A stretch of DNA of 42,350 nt from Alphaproteobacteria bacterium (GTDB lineage: Bacteria > Pseudomonadota > Alphaproteobacteria > Rs-D84 > SZUA-605): positions 1-42,350 of the forward strand of contig QKJL01000018.1 in the NCBI GenBank assembly GCA_003250835.1. The letters are read 5' to 3'. The position numbers and the translations under genes were made by a program. Positions 1 through 9,037 of this stretch are shown here, in pieces. Below the pieces are notes generated by a model. The model ran no database searches, was not told where the DNA came from, and saw only the letters and a program-made list of their open reading frames with translations. Every line of letters begins with the position of its first letter. The first letter of the stretch is position 1.

Positions 1-22
1 TTTTTTTACTATTAATATATTC

Positions 23-49
23 AAAAAGATAGCCCCAGACAGGGGCTAT
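23..49 (-). terminator. Intrinsic terminator after ORF 53-391
   Basis: ATAGCCCC-agaca-GGGGCTAT hairpin (29-49) followed by a U-tract on the minus strand. Confidence 0.8.
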
Positions 50-52
50 TAC

Positions 53-391
53 TTAATATGCATATTGATATGATGAAGGTCTCCCTTCTTGTAACATTTG
101 ATTAATTAAAATCAATACTCTCACCCACTTCGTTTTTTTACCATACAAAGGTGAGACGTTTGTAATAAAACGATCTATTTCACGACCGTTTTTAAATATT
201 ATTTTTAGATGCCCTGCTTGTGAATATCTAATATTCAAAGCATGTTTCCTTTCCTTTTTATCCAGACGATTTACTTGACCGCCCAGAAAAGAGAAAAAAT
301 ACTCTCCATTTGCCATTATCCCCAATATGCTTCCATCAGGGTATTCATGTTGTTCAATGAATGTGACTTCTTTTAATTTTAGATTACTCAT
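53..391 (-). CDS. Orphan protein, 'DGSI' paralog 1
   Basis: 112-aa ORF with its own promoter and terminator; shares DGSI...F..GG and PL.GKK.K..RV motifs with its neighbours. Confidence 0.75.
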   Translation of the reverse strand: MSNLKLKEVTFIEQHEYPDGSILGIMANGEYFFSFLGGQVNRLDKKERKHALNIRYSQAGHLKIIFKNGREIDRFITNVSPLYGKKTKWVRVLILINQMLQEGRPSSYQYAY

Positions 392-431
392 AAGGCTTAT
401 AATTTAGGTGTAACTTCTAGTTGGTTATTTT

Positions 432-460
432 TTTATATACCCCTTCTTTATTTTTGTCAA
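432..460 (-). promoter_or_regulatory. Sigma70-like promoter for 53-391
   Basis: TTGACA(460-455)-N17-TATAAA(437-432). Confidence 0.65.
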
Positions 461-465
461 ACATC

Positions 466-493
466 AAAAAAAGAAGGTCCCTTTCGGGACCTT
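466..493 (-). terminator. Intrinsic terminator after ORF 497-811
   Basis: AAGGTCCC-tttc-GGGACCTT hairpin (GAAA loop on minus strand) plus U-tract. Confidence 0.8.
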
Positions 494-496
494 TCA

Positions 497-811
497 TTAA
501 AAAGCTGCTACAAGTCTTCTTAAACGAACTCTTACTCTCATTCGCTTAATTTTTTTCCCTCTTAAAGGGAATAATTTTTTTTCCGCTAAAATTTGTTCTA
601 CAGAAGTTTCAAGGTTTTTATTTCCTTCCCTCCACTCCAATATATTCCGCACCCCATCATAACGATGCTGATCTGGAATATAATTTAAAGATTTAGCGTT
701 TTTCATATTTGGTGGAAGTATATCCTTTTTTCCACCTTGAAAAAAGAAACTAAATTCGTTTTTTTTGTTAACGGTCATGATACTGCCATCATAAAAATTC
801 GTTTTAGCCAT
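497..811 (-). CDS. Orphan protein, 'DGSI' paralog 2
   Basis: 104-aa ORF; DGSIMTVNKKNEFSFFFQGG and FPLRGKKIKRMRV align by eye with paralog 1. Confidence 0.75.
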   Translation of the reverse strand: MAKTNFYDGSIMTVNKKNEFSFFFQGGKKDILPPNMKNAKSLNYIPDQHRYDGVRNILEWREGNKNLETSVEQILAEKKLFPLRGKKIKRMRVRVRLRRLVAAF

Positions 812-831
812 AGTATAATTTTTATTTGATT

Positions 832-881
832 AATAATAGGTTTTTCATAATTTTTATATAAGAGAATTCTTTTTTTGTCAA
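832..881 (-). promoter_or_regulatory. Promoter plus AAACCTATTATT leader motif for 497-811
   Basis: TTGACA(881-876)-N17-TATAAA(858-853); AAACCTATTATT at 843-832. Confidence 0.65.
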
Positions 882-886
882 CGCAT

Positions 887-915
887 AAAAAAAAGAGCCT
901 GAAGGCTCTTTCTTT
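887..915. terminator. Intrinsic terminator after ORF 920-1288
   Basis: AAAGAGCCT-ga-AGGCTCTTT inverted repeat flanked by A/T tracts. Confidence 0.75.
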
Positions 916-919
916 TATA

Positions 920-1288
920 TTATGAGGCAAATGCCCACATCTTCTTTAAAAGGTTTTTCTTGAGAGGGATACAATCCACCTCCGGATCATATCTTTTCAA
1001 CTCATTTTTTTTATCCGTTATTTCCACCACTCTCGTTTTAGGATCATACTTCATTAAAGCATATTTAGGTGAACGAATAATTTTTTCAAGATTACCTTTA
1101 TAAATAAAAATTGATGACAAGTTTACACAAATGCCGATTATACTCCCATCTTCTGGAAAATAATCAATCTTTACAAATTTTTCATCCCTGTAAAGCTCTT
1201 CCCCATGCACAGTGAGAATGAAAGTAATTCCATCCTCACTCACGACCTTTGTTTGGTCACGGTACGTTAATTTCTCTTTATAATTCAT
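920..1288 (-). CDS. Orphan protein, 'DGSI' paralog 3 (start moved to MNYKEK)
   Basis: Contains EDGSIIGICVN; the longer track start (1354) lies inside a TTGACG(1364-1359)...TGcTAAGAT(1340-1335) promoter. Confidence 0.7.
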   Translation of the reverse strand: MNYKEKLTYRDQTKVVSEDGITFILTVHGEELYRDEKFVKIDYFPEDGSIIGICVNLSSIFIYKGNLEKIIRSPKYALMKYDPKTRVVEITDKKNELKRYDPEVDCIPLKKNLLKKMWAFAS

Positions 1289-1379
1289 TATTATATAGGT
1301 TTTATAGGTTGCATAATAAAAAATACTTGTATCCATCTTAGCAAATACAAGCATTTTTCGTCAATCACTAATTTAGGAT

Positions 1380-2396
1380 TTATTTCTTCTTATCAAAAAG
1401 AGTTGGTTCCCCCGGACTTAAATTATTTAGGAATGGATTTTCTCCCACCGTTTTTGTTTTTAGATTATTCATTAATTCTTCGTTACTGATTTGTTCAATA
1501 TTTTCAGCTTTTAATGGTAAAATTTTTTCTTCTATATTTGATGTATTTATAAAATCAGTTTCATCAATTCCTTCTTCTTTTATCACCACAGTTTCTTTTA
1601 TTTCTTCGGTATGTTCTATTTTTACTGTTGATTGAGATTGTTTAGCAGCCGCCTGCGCTTTTATTTTATCTGCCAATGTTTCTTCTTTTACTTCTTGTTC
1701 ATGTGCTTCATTAAATGCTTTCATCAAGATATCGTATACACGTCCCAATGATCCTTCTTCCATAAATTGAATAATGAATTGATCACGGTCATAACTTTGT
1801 AATGCTTTTAGGAAACGATCAAAACGTATTGTAAACAAACTCATTTCTTGAGATAACGTTTGATTCTTTTTAAAGTTACGGCGGATTTCTTCATAAATTG
1901 ATGGATTTTTTTCAATTGCACGTAAAAAACTGCGGCACAACACCCATAGATCTTGTGTTTCTGGACGCGAGTCGATTGATGGCAATTCTGGTAAAATTGC
2001 TGCTCTGCGGATTATGCGACGGAGCGTTTCATAAAAATCTTGGTAAATAATTGGTAAGTGATTGAAAAACTGAGATGTATATCCCATATGACGCAATTCA
2101 ATTAGATTCTTTGTAATTGCTTCTAGTCCTTCAAGTGCGATTCGATTTTCAGTGAACAATTTTTTGAATTTTTGATCATCTTCAGTTTCTTTTAATTGTG
2201 TAAAGAAAAAATTTAACCCTAAAAGGATAACCAAGATTGGAAAAAAGAATAAAAATGTACGCGTTGCAAATAATCCATTAATTCCATTTCCGACTCCTTG
2301 AATTTCTGCGGTCGAATCAGGTGCACTAGCAATGATTAAGGCCCAAATAGCCCCTGTTATAACTAATATAGATGTACTGATAAGTAATTTACGCAT
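1380..2396 (-). CDS. Hypothetical membrane-anchored protein
   Basis: 338 aa; two N-terminal hydrophobic segments, helical core, acidic tail; AGGAA SD. Confidence 0.75.
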   Translation of the reverse strand: MRKLLISTSILVITGAIWALIIASAPDSTAEIQGVGNGINGLFATRTFLFFFPILVILLGLNFFFTQLKETEDDQKFKKLFTENRIALEGLEAITKNLIELRHMGYTSQFFNHLPIIYQDFYETLRRIIRRAAILPELPSIDSRPETQDLWVLCRSFLRAIEKNPSIYEEIRRNFKKNQTLSQEMSLFTIRFDRFLKALQSYDRDQFIIQFMEEGSLGRVYDILMKAFNEAHEQEVKEETLADKIKAQAAAKQSQSTVKIEHTEEIKETVVIKEEGIDETDFINTSNIEEKILPLKAENIEQISNEELMNNLKTKTVGENPFLNNLSPGEPTLFDKKK

Positions 2397-2520
2397 GTTA
2401 TTGATTCCTCTTGATTTTTTTATTTTATTTCTCTTTTTATGCCTTTATTTTACCTCAAAATGGTACAGAATCATAGCCTTTCTTTATTTTTTTTTGAGTC
2501 AAGTGGAAAATTTGCAAAAA

Positions 2521-2604
2521 CCACTATATTTTCGGTTGCATTGCATTCTTATAATACTATATATTGTATCTACAAGGGAAAGGAAAAACACTAAATCGTT
2601 GTGT
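2521..2604 (+). promoter_or_regulatory. Putative NrdR boxes upstream of nrdD
   Basis: atactatatattgtat (2554-2569) fits the acaCwAtATaTwGtg consensus; weaker copies begin at 2521 and 2588, about 33-34 bp apart. Confidence 0.6.
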
Positions 2605-2683
2605 TTCTCTCACATTGAATTAAGAAATTCTTTTTAATTCAATAATATATGAAAAAATATCTAAAGGGAAGGGAGATAGGGAA

Positions 2684-4747
2684 ATGCCAAAATCAGAGGC
2701 ACCTACACAATTTAAGACTACTTTAAAAAGCGTTATTACACGCAAAGGCGAAAAAGTTGATTTTACCGCAGATCGTATTTTCGAAGCGATTTGTGCTGCT
2801 GCTCTGGAAACAGGTGAATTTAAAGCCGATCAAGCAGCTGTTATTACTAAAAAAGTCGTTCGCATCTTAGAAAAAAAATATAAATCCCCTGATTCTTGCC
2901 CATCTATTGAAGAAATCCAAGATACTGTTGAATTAACCCTTGCAAATAATGATCATTTTGAAACTGCAAGGGCTTATATTATGTACCGTCAAAAACGTGA
3001 CTTAGCTCGTGAAGATGATCGCGTAATGATTGACGTTCAAGAATCTATGGAAGATTACTTGAAACAACTTGATTGGCGTGTAAATGAAAATGCTAATCAA
3101 GGTTATTCTCTTGGTGGAATGATCCTTAATAATGCTGGTAAAATTACAGCTAATTATTGGTTATCACACGTTTATCCAAAAGAAATTGGTGAAGCGCACC
3201 GTAATGGTGATTATCACATCCATGACCTTTCAATGCTTGCAGGTTACTGTGCTGGATGGTCATTGCGTACTTTATTAGAAGAAGGTTTCAATGGCGTACC
3301 TGGATTTATCGAATCAGGGGCTCCTAAACATTTATCAGCTGCTGTTGGTCAAATGGTTAACTTTATGGGAACTCTTCAAAACGAATTTGCTGGGGCACAA
3401 GCGTTTAGTTCTGTTGATACTTATCTTGCTCCATATATTAAATTAGATAACTTGCCATATGAACGTGTTAAACAATGCATGCAAGAATTAATCTTTAATT
3501 TAAATGTTCCATCACGTTGGGGAACTCAAACACCATTTACAAACTTCACTTTTGATTGGGTTTGTCCTGAAGATTTACGTTCTGTGAAACCTTTGATTGG
3601 TGGTAAACCAGTAGATTTCACTTATGCAGATCTACAAGAAGAAATGGATATGATTAACCGTTCTTATATCGAAGTGATGACAGAAGGTGATATCAAAGGT
3701 CGTCCATTTACATTCCCTATTCCAACATACAACATCACAAATGATTTTCCTTGGGAATCACCTGCGATGGAACCATTGTTTGAAATGACTGCAAAATATG
3801 GATTACCTTATTTCCAAAATTTTGTGAACTCAGATTTAAAACCAACTGATGTGCGTTCAATGTGCTGTCGTTTACGTTTAGATGTTAAAGAGCTTTTAAA
3901 GCGTGGTAATGGGCTTTTTGGTTCTGCTGAACAAACTGGTTCAATTGGTGTGGTTACAATTAACTGTGCACGTTTAGGATACCTTTTCAAAGGTAATAAG
4001 GAAGCTTTGCTTGCTCGTCTTGATCAATTATTGAACATGGCAAAGAAAAGTTTGGAAATTAAACGTAAAACAATCAAACGTTTATTAGATGGTGGACTTT
4101 ATCCATTTACAAAACGTTATCTTGGTACATTTAATAACCATTTCTCTACTATCGGTGTTAACGCGATGAATGAAATGATCCGTAATTTCACACGCGATCA
4201 AGAAGATATCACAACAGAAGCAGGTCAACGATTGGCAAATGAAGTATTAGATCATATTCGCGATCGCATGGTTCAATTCCAAGAAGAAACAGGTAACTTA
4301 TATAACCTAGAAGCAACACCTGCTGAAGGTGCGATGTACCGTTTTGCTCGTGAAGATAAAAAACGTTTTGATGATATTATACAAGCTGGTACACCTGAAG
4401 CACCGTTTTATACAAACTCATCTCAAATACCAGTAGGTTATACAGATGATCCGTTTAAAGCATTAGATTTACAAGAAACACTTCAAAGCAAATATACAGG
4501 TGGAACAGTGCTTCACATGTATATGGGAGAACGTTTATCTTCTGCTGATGCTGCGAAGAAATTTATCAAAAAGGTATTTGAAAATTATACATTGCCTTAT
4601 TTGACAATCACACCGACATTTTCAATTTGTCCAAAACATGGTTACTTACCAGGCGAACATGAATTCTGTCCAAAATGTGATGCAGAAATTGAACAAGAAA
4701 AAACAAGTTGCCCAGCTTGTGAGATATCAGAAACTGGCACAGAATAA
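2684..4747 (+). CDS. nrdD: Class III anaerobic ribonucleoside-triphosphate reductase, large part (ATP-cone plus catalytic barrel; lacks the Gly-radical loop)
   Basis: N-terminal ATP-cone, HIHDL, RSMCCRL finger loop, EATPAEG, YTGGTVLH, Zn-site CPKH...CPKC. Confidence 0.95.
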   Translation: MPKSEAPTQFKTTLKSVITRKGEKVDFTADRIFEAICAAALETGEFKADQAAVITKKVVRILEKKYKSPDSCPSIEEIQDTVELTLANNDHFETARAYIMYRQKRDLAREDDRVMIDVQESMEDYLKQLDWRVNENANQGYSLGGMILNNAGKITANYWLSHVYPKEIGEAHRNGDYHIHDLSMLAGYCAGWSLRTLLEEGFNGVPGFIESGAPKHLSAAVGQMVNFMGTLQNEFAGAQAFSSVDTYLAPYIKLDNLPYERVKQCMQELIFNLNVPSRWGTQTPFTNFTFDWVCPEDLRSVKPLIGGKPVDFTYADLQEEMDMINRSYIEVMTEGDIKGRPFTFPIPTYNITNDFPWESPAMEPLFEMTAKYGLPYFQNFVNSDLKPTDVRSMCCRLRLDVKELLKRGNGLFGSAEQTGSIGVVTINCARLGYLFKGNKEALLARLDQLLNMAKKSLEIKRKTIKRLLDGGLYPFTKRYLGTFNNHFSTIGVNAMNEMIRNFTRDQEDITTEAGQRLANEVLDHIRDRMVQFQEETGNLYNLEATPAEGAMYRFAREDKKRFDDIIQAGTPEAPFYTNSSQIPVGYTDDPFKALDLQETLQSKYTGGTVLHMYMGERLSSADAAKKFIKKVFENYTLPYLTITPTFSICPKHGYLPGEHEFCPKCDAEIEQEKTSCPACEISETGTE

Positions 4748-4839
4748 GAAATTATTCATTTTCAAGTTAAAAGACTTAAAACTTGGAAATGGACATTATT
4801 ACTAAAATTGACTAAACTAAAGGAAAAAGGGAGGAGCTT

Positions 4840-5031
4840 ATGTCAAAACCTGTAAATACACAAAGAACACGTTGTGAAACTTGGACTCGCGCGATGGGAT
4901 ACATCCGTCCGACGGCTAATTTCAATGTTGGAAAAAAATCTGAATATAATGACCGTGTTTACTTTACAGAACAAAAAGCTTTTGCTCAACCTTCACATTG
5001 TGAATTTATGAAAGATAATATTGCAGCTTAG
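4840..5031 (+). CDS. Stand-alone NrdD C-terminal glycyl-radical domain
   Basis: RTRCETWTRAMGYIRP...FNVGKKSEY matches the RxxGY radical loop missing from the upstream ORF; strong GGAGGAG SD. Confidence 0.9.
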   Translation: MSKPVNTQRTRCETWTRAMGYIRPTANFNVGKKSEYNDRVYFTEQKAFAQPSHCEFMKDNIAA

Positions 5032-5084
5032 TTCCATATGGAATTAAGCTCTTTTATCCTTTTTAAACGATTGGAGTAAAATTG

Positions 5085-5768
5085 ATGATTAATGTTGGAG
5101 GGATTGTTCCCTTAACGACTATTGATTTTCCAGGGCGGCTTTCAGCCGTCATTTTTTGCCAGGGATGTCCTCTGCGCTGTGTGTATTGTTCAAATACAGA
5201 ATTATTGGAATGTCGTGAAACTGATTATGATTGGAATAAGATTGTTGCGTTTTTAGAAAAACGTTCAAAGGTATTAGATGGCGTTGTGTTTAGTGGTGGA
5301 GAAGCACTTATGCAACCTGATATTATTCCAGCAATGAAACAAGTTAAAGACATGGGATATGAAGTTGCTGTACACACCAATGGTTTTTACATTGACCGTT
5401 TAAAACAGGCTTTACCATTACTTGATTGGATTGGACTTGATATTAAAACCCTTCCTTCACTTTATCGTCCAATGACAGGTATTCCGAAAAGTGGTGATTA
5501 TGCCATTGAAAGTTTGGATCTTATCTTACAATCAAACGTTCCTTTTGAAGTTCGTACCACTTGCGACCCTCGTTTTTTAACCAAAGAAATTATTCTTGAA
5601 CTTGCACAACTTTTATCTAAAAAAGGTGTGAAACACTATGCTTTACAGGAATATAAACCTTACAATGAAGACAAAACTACTGATGATGAGCGTCAACAAT
5701 TCTTCGTAGATGAAGAGTTTAAGAAAAAAGTTACCTCATTGTTTGACACGGTTGATTTTCGTCGCTAG
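5085..5768 (+). CDS. nrdG: Class III RNR activating enzyme (radical SAM)
   Basis: CQGCPLRCVYC CxxxCxxC motif, VVFSGGE, located directly after nrdD. Confidence 0.92.
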   Translation: MINVGGIVPLTTIDFPGRLSAVIFCQGCPLRCVYCSNTELLECRETDYDWNKIVAFLEKRSKVLDGVVFSGGEALMQPDIIPAMKQVKDMGYEVAVHTNGFYIDRLKQALPLLDWIGLDIKTLPSLYRPMTGIPKSGDYAIESLDLILQSNVPFEVRTTCDPRFLTKEIILELAQLLSKKGVKHYALQEYKPYNEDKTTDDERQQFFVDEEFKKKVTSLFDTVDFRR

Positions 5769-5798
5769 TATACCCATATCAAATAAAAAGGAAAAAAA

Positions 5799-6725
5799 AT
5801 GCGTAGAAAAGTAGTTATTATTGGTGCTGGATGTGCGGGATATACCGCAGCGATTTATGCTGCACGTGCTGGGTTAGAACCAGTTGTTATCACAGGTGAA
5901 AATGTGGGTGGACAATTGACACTTACTCATGAAATTGAAAATTACCCTGGTTTTATTCATCCATTATCTGGAATTGAATTAACTGATAATATGTATGAAC
6001 AAGCTAAACGTTTAGGTGCTGAATTTATTATTGATAATGTGGAAAAAATTTCATCACATTCTCATCCATTTGTTATTCATACATCACAAGATCGCCACAT
6101 TGAAACAGATTCAATTATTCTTGCAACAGGAGCAAGCGCACGTTGGTTACACGTACCTGGTGAAGAACAGTTTCGTGGAAAAGGTGTATCAGCCTGTGCC
6201 ACATGTGATGGATTCTTTTATCGTGGGAAAACAGTCATAGTTATTGGCGGCGGGAACACAGCAGTGTATGAATCTATTTACTTATCAGATATTGCTGAGA
6301 AAGTTTATCATGTACACCGTGGTGATTTTTTCCGATGTGAAAAGGTATTAGAAGAACAATTATTACAAAAAGAAAATGTTGAAATCATCTGGAATTCTGA
6401 AGTAACAGAAATTATGGGTGATCAAGGTGTTGAACGCGCACGTGTTGTTAATCGTCAAACAAATGAAGATCAAATTCTTGAAATTGATGGGATCTTTGTG
6501 GCGATTGGACAAGAACCAAGTACAAAGTTTTTGAAAGGTTCTGTTGACCTTGATGACCGTGGCTTTATTTTAACAAAACCAGATTCAACACAAACAACAA
6601 TTGAAGGTATTTTTGCAGCGGGTGATGCGATGAATCCTACATTCCAACAAGCAATTATTGCAGCGGGAACAGGATGTCAGGCAGCATTAGAAGTTGAAAA
6701 ATATTTAATTAAAAGACAGAAATAG
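5799..6725 (+). CDS. trxB: Thioredoxin-disulfide reductase
   Basis: GAGCAGYTAA FAD motif, CATCDG active site, GGGNTA NADPH motif. Confidence 0.95.
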   Translation: MRRKVVIIGAGCAGYTAAIYAARAGLEPVVITGENVGGQLTLTHEIENYPGFIHPLSGIELTDNMYEQAKRLGAEFIIDNVEKISSHSHPFVIHTSQDRHIETDSIILATGASARWLHVPGEEQFRGKGVSACATCDGFFYRGKTVIVIGGGNTAVYESIYLSDIAEKVYHVHRGDFFRCEKVLEEQLLQKENVEIIWNSEVTEIMGDQGVERARVVNRQTNEDQILEIDGIFVAIGQEPSTKFLKGSVDLDDRGFILTKPDSTQTTIEGIFAAGDAMNPTFQQAIIAAGTGCQAALEVEKYLIKRQK

Positions 6726-6770
6726 ACCGTTTTTATACCGTCTTTATCATACAAATAATAGAGGTACAAT

Positions 6771-8201
6771 TTGACGAACGAAATTGCTGATAAATTAAAA
6801 AATATTCCTGAACGTAATGTTCCAATCTTGGAAACAGAAGCATTTCCGAAAGGCTTATCTGAGGATATTATTCTTAAAATCTCTGCTTTGAAAAATGAAC
6901 CAGAATGGATGCTGGATATTCGTTTAAAAGCTTATCGCGCCTGGCTAACTATGACAGAGCCTCATTGGGCTGAATTTGATTATCCACCGATTGATTATCA
7001 AGCGTATTCATATTACGCGACCCCAAAAGATCAAAAGAATGCACCTAAAAATTTAGATGAAGTTGATCCAAAGATTAAAGAAGTTTATGACCGTTTAGGT
7101 ATTCCACTGGAAGAACAAAAACAATTAGCTGGGATTGCCGTTGATGCCGTGATTGATAGCCAATCTGTTGCGACAACTTATCGTAAAGATCTTGCTGATC
7201 TTGGTATTATCTTCTGTTCATTCTCAGAAGCTGTTCAAGAGTATCCTGAGCTTGTAAAGGAATACTTTATGTCTGTTGTTCCGATGAAAGATAATTACTT
7301 TGCTGCACTCAATACAGCGGTATTTTCAGATGGAACATTTGTATACATTCCCAAAGGTGTTAAATGCCCTATTGAACTTTCAACTTACTTCCGTTTAAAT
7401 ACACAAGCTGTTGGACAGTTTGAACGCACGCTTATTATTGCCGAAGAAGGTTCTGAAGTTTCTTACTTAGAAGGTTGTTCTGCGCCGCAATATGATGATA
7501 ATCAATTGCATGCTGCTGTTGTTGAAGTAATCTGTAAAGAAAAATCTAAAGTATTCTATTCCACTGTTCAGAACTGGTACGCTGGGGATGAAAATGGTAA
7601 AGGTGGAATTTATAATTTCGTGACCAAACGTGCAACAACAGAAGCAGATGCATTTATGCGTTGGACTCAGTTAGAAGTTGGTGCGCGTTATACTTGGAAA
7701 TATCCAAGCTGTATTTTAAAGGGAGATCGATCACGTGGTGAATTTTTCAGTATTGCACTGACAAATAAATCTCAAGAAGCTGATACGGGGACAAAAATTA
7801 TTCACCTTGGTAAAAATACGACATCAAATATCGTATCGAAAGGTGTGTCACTTGGTAAATCAACTCAGACTTATCGTGGGTTAGTTCACATTTCTCCGAA
7901 TGCTGATGGTGCCAAAAATGCAACTAAATGTGACAGTTTAATTATTGGGGATAAAGCCTCTGGCCACACTCTTCCTATTAACAAAAATATGAATCCAACT
8001 GCGATCATAGAACATGAAGCGACTACATCTAAGATTAGTGATGAAAAGCTATTCTATTTGCGCGCACGTGGATTAGATGAAGATACTGCAACCGGTTTGA
8101 TTGTGAATGGTTTTTGTAAAGACGTTCTCTCATACCTGCCTATGGAATTTGCGATGGAAGCAAAACAATTAATTGCCCTTCACTTAGAAGGTAAACTTTA
8201 G
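6771..8201 (+). CDS. sufB: Fe-S cluster assembly protein SufB
   Basis: [32 protein letters not shown]; TTG start with GAGG SD. Confidence 0.95.
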   Translation: MTNEIADKLKNIPERNVPILETEAFPKGLSEDIILKISALKNEPEWMLDIRLKAYRAWLTMTEPHWAEFDYPPIDYQAYSYYATPKDQKNAPKNLDEVDPKIKEVYDRLGIPLEEQKQLAGIAVDAVIDSQSVATTYRKDLADLGIIFCSFSEAVQEYPELVKEYFMSVVPMKDNYFAALNTAVFSDGTFVYIPKGVKCPIELSTYFRLNTQAVGQFERTLIIAEEGSEVSYLEGCSAPQYDDNQLHAAVVEVICKEKSKVFYSTVQNWYAGDENGKGGIYNFVTKRATTEADAFMRWTQLEVGARYTWKYPSCILKGDRSRGEFFSIALTNKSQEADTGTKIIHLGKNTTSNIVSKGVSLGKSTQTYRGLVHISPNADGAKNATKCDSLIIGDKASGHTLPINKNMNPTAIIEHEATTSKISDEKLFYLRARGLDEDTATGLIVNGFCKDVLSYLPMEFAMEAKQLIALHLEGKL

Positions 8202-8209
8202 GAGTTATT

Positions 8210-8947
8210 ATGTTAAACGTTGAAAATTTATATGTACAAATTGAAGACAATAAAATCGTAAAAGGTATTTCTTTGGCGATTGAATCAGGGGATGTGCATT
8301 TATTGCTTGGCCCGAATGGATCTGGTAAATCCACTTTTTGTAAAGCACTTGCTGGTGCACCTGAAACCGAAATTATAGGTGGAACAGTTACTTTTAATGG
8401 TGAGGATTTAGCTGATATGCCCGTTGAAAAACGTGCGCAAAAAGGACTTATTCTTTCGTTCCAAAATCCACCTGAAATTGCAGGACTTTCTGTTGCTAAT
8501 TTCTTAAAATATGCGATTAATGAAAATCGTCGTGCGAATGGAGAAACTCCATTAACTGCTCCTGAATTCTTCCAAGAAGTATATGGCGCTTGTGAATATC
8601 TTGGGATTGATCGTGCGTTATTAACCCGTGGATTAAATGAAAACTTTTCTGGTGGAGAAAAGAAAAAATGTGAAATGCTTCAACTTTTACTTTTGAAACC
8701 AAAAGTTGCTTTATTGGATGAACCTGATAGTGGTGTGGATATTGATGCTCAAAAAATTATTTTGAAAACAATTAATACATTGCGTGAACAATTTGGTACA
8801 AAGTTTTTAATCATTACTCATACAATGGATTTTGCTTTGGCTCTTCCAACGACACATGTTCATATTTTCAAAGATGGGAATATTGCCGAATCAGGTGGTC
8901 ATGAATTACTTGAACGATTACAACGTGAAGGATATTCAGAATTCTAA
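8210..8947 (+). CDS. sufC: Fe-S cluster assembly ATPase SufC
   Basis: GPNGSGKST Walker A, FSGGEKKKCE, LDEPDSGVD; follows sufB. Confidence 0.93.
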   Translation: MLNVENLYVQIEDNKIVKGISLAIESGDVHLLLGPNGSGKSTFCKALAGAPETEIIGGTVTFNGEDLADMPVEKRAQKGLILSFQNPPEIAGLSVANFLKYAINENRRANGETPLTAPEFFQEVYGACEYLGIDRALLTRGLNENFSGGEKKKCEMLQLLLLKPKVALLDEPDSGVDIDAQKIILKTINTLREQFGTKFLIITHTMDFALALPTTHVHIFKDGNIAESGGHELLERLQREGYSEF

Positions 8948-8955
8948 ATATTTTT

Positions 8956-8990
8956 AAAAGCAATGATCTATTCATTGCTTTTTTCTTTTT
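8956..8990 (+). terminator. Terminator of nrd-trxB-sufBC cluster
   Basis: AAAAGCAATGA-tctat-TCATTGCTTTT plus T-tract. Confidence 0.75.
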
Positions 8991-9037
8991 CAATTGTTAG
9001 AATTGTTTTTATTACAAAGAGATAGAGGAGTTTTATT

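Noticed and set aside
23-1364. Integron cassette array
   Set aside because: No attC-like RYYYAAC...GTTRRRY sites or integrase seen; the spacers are explained by terminators plus promoters.
2332-2637. 101-aa plus-strand ORF before nrdD
   Set aside because: It covers the divergent promoter and NrdR-box region and overlaps the neighbouring gene; its Phe/Leu richness reflects T-rich DNA.
4745-4840. Frameshift, readthrough or pseudogene explanation for split nrdD
   Set aside because: The 92-nt spacer contains stops, and the small ORF has its own strong SD and ATG.
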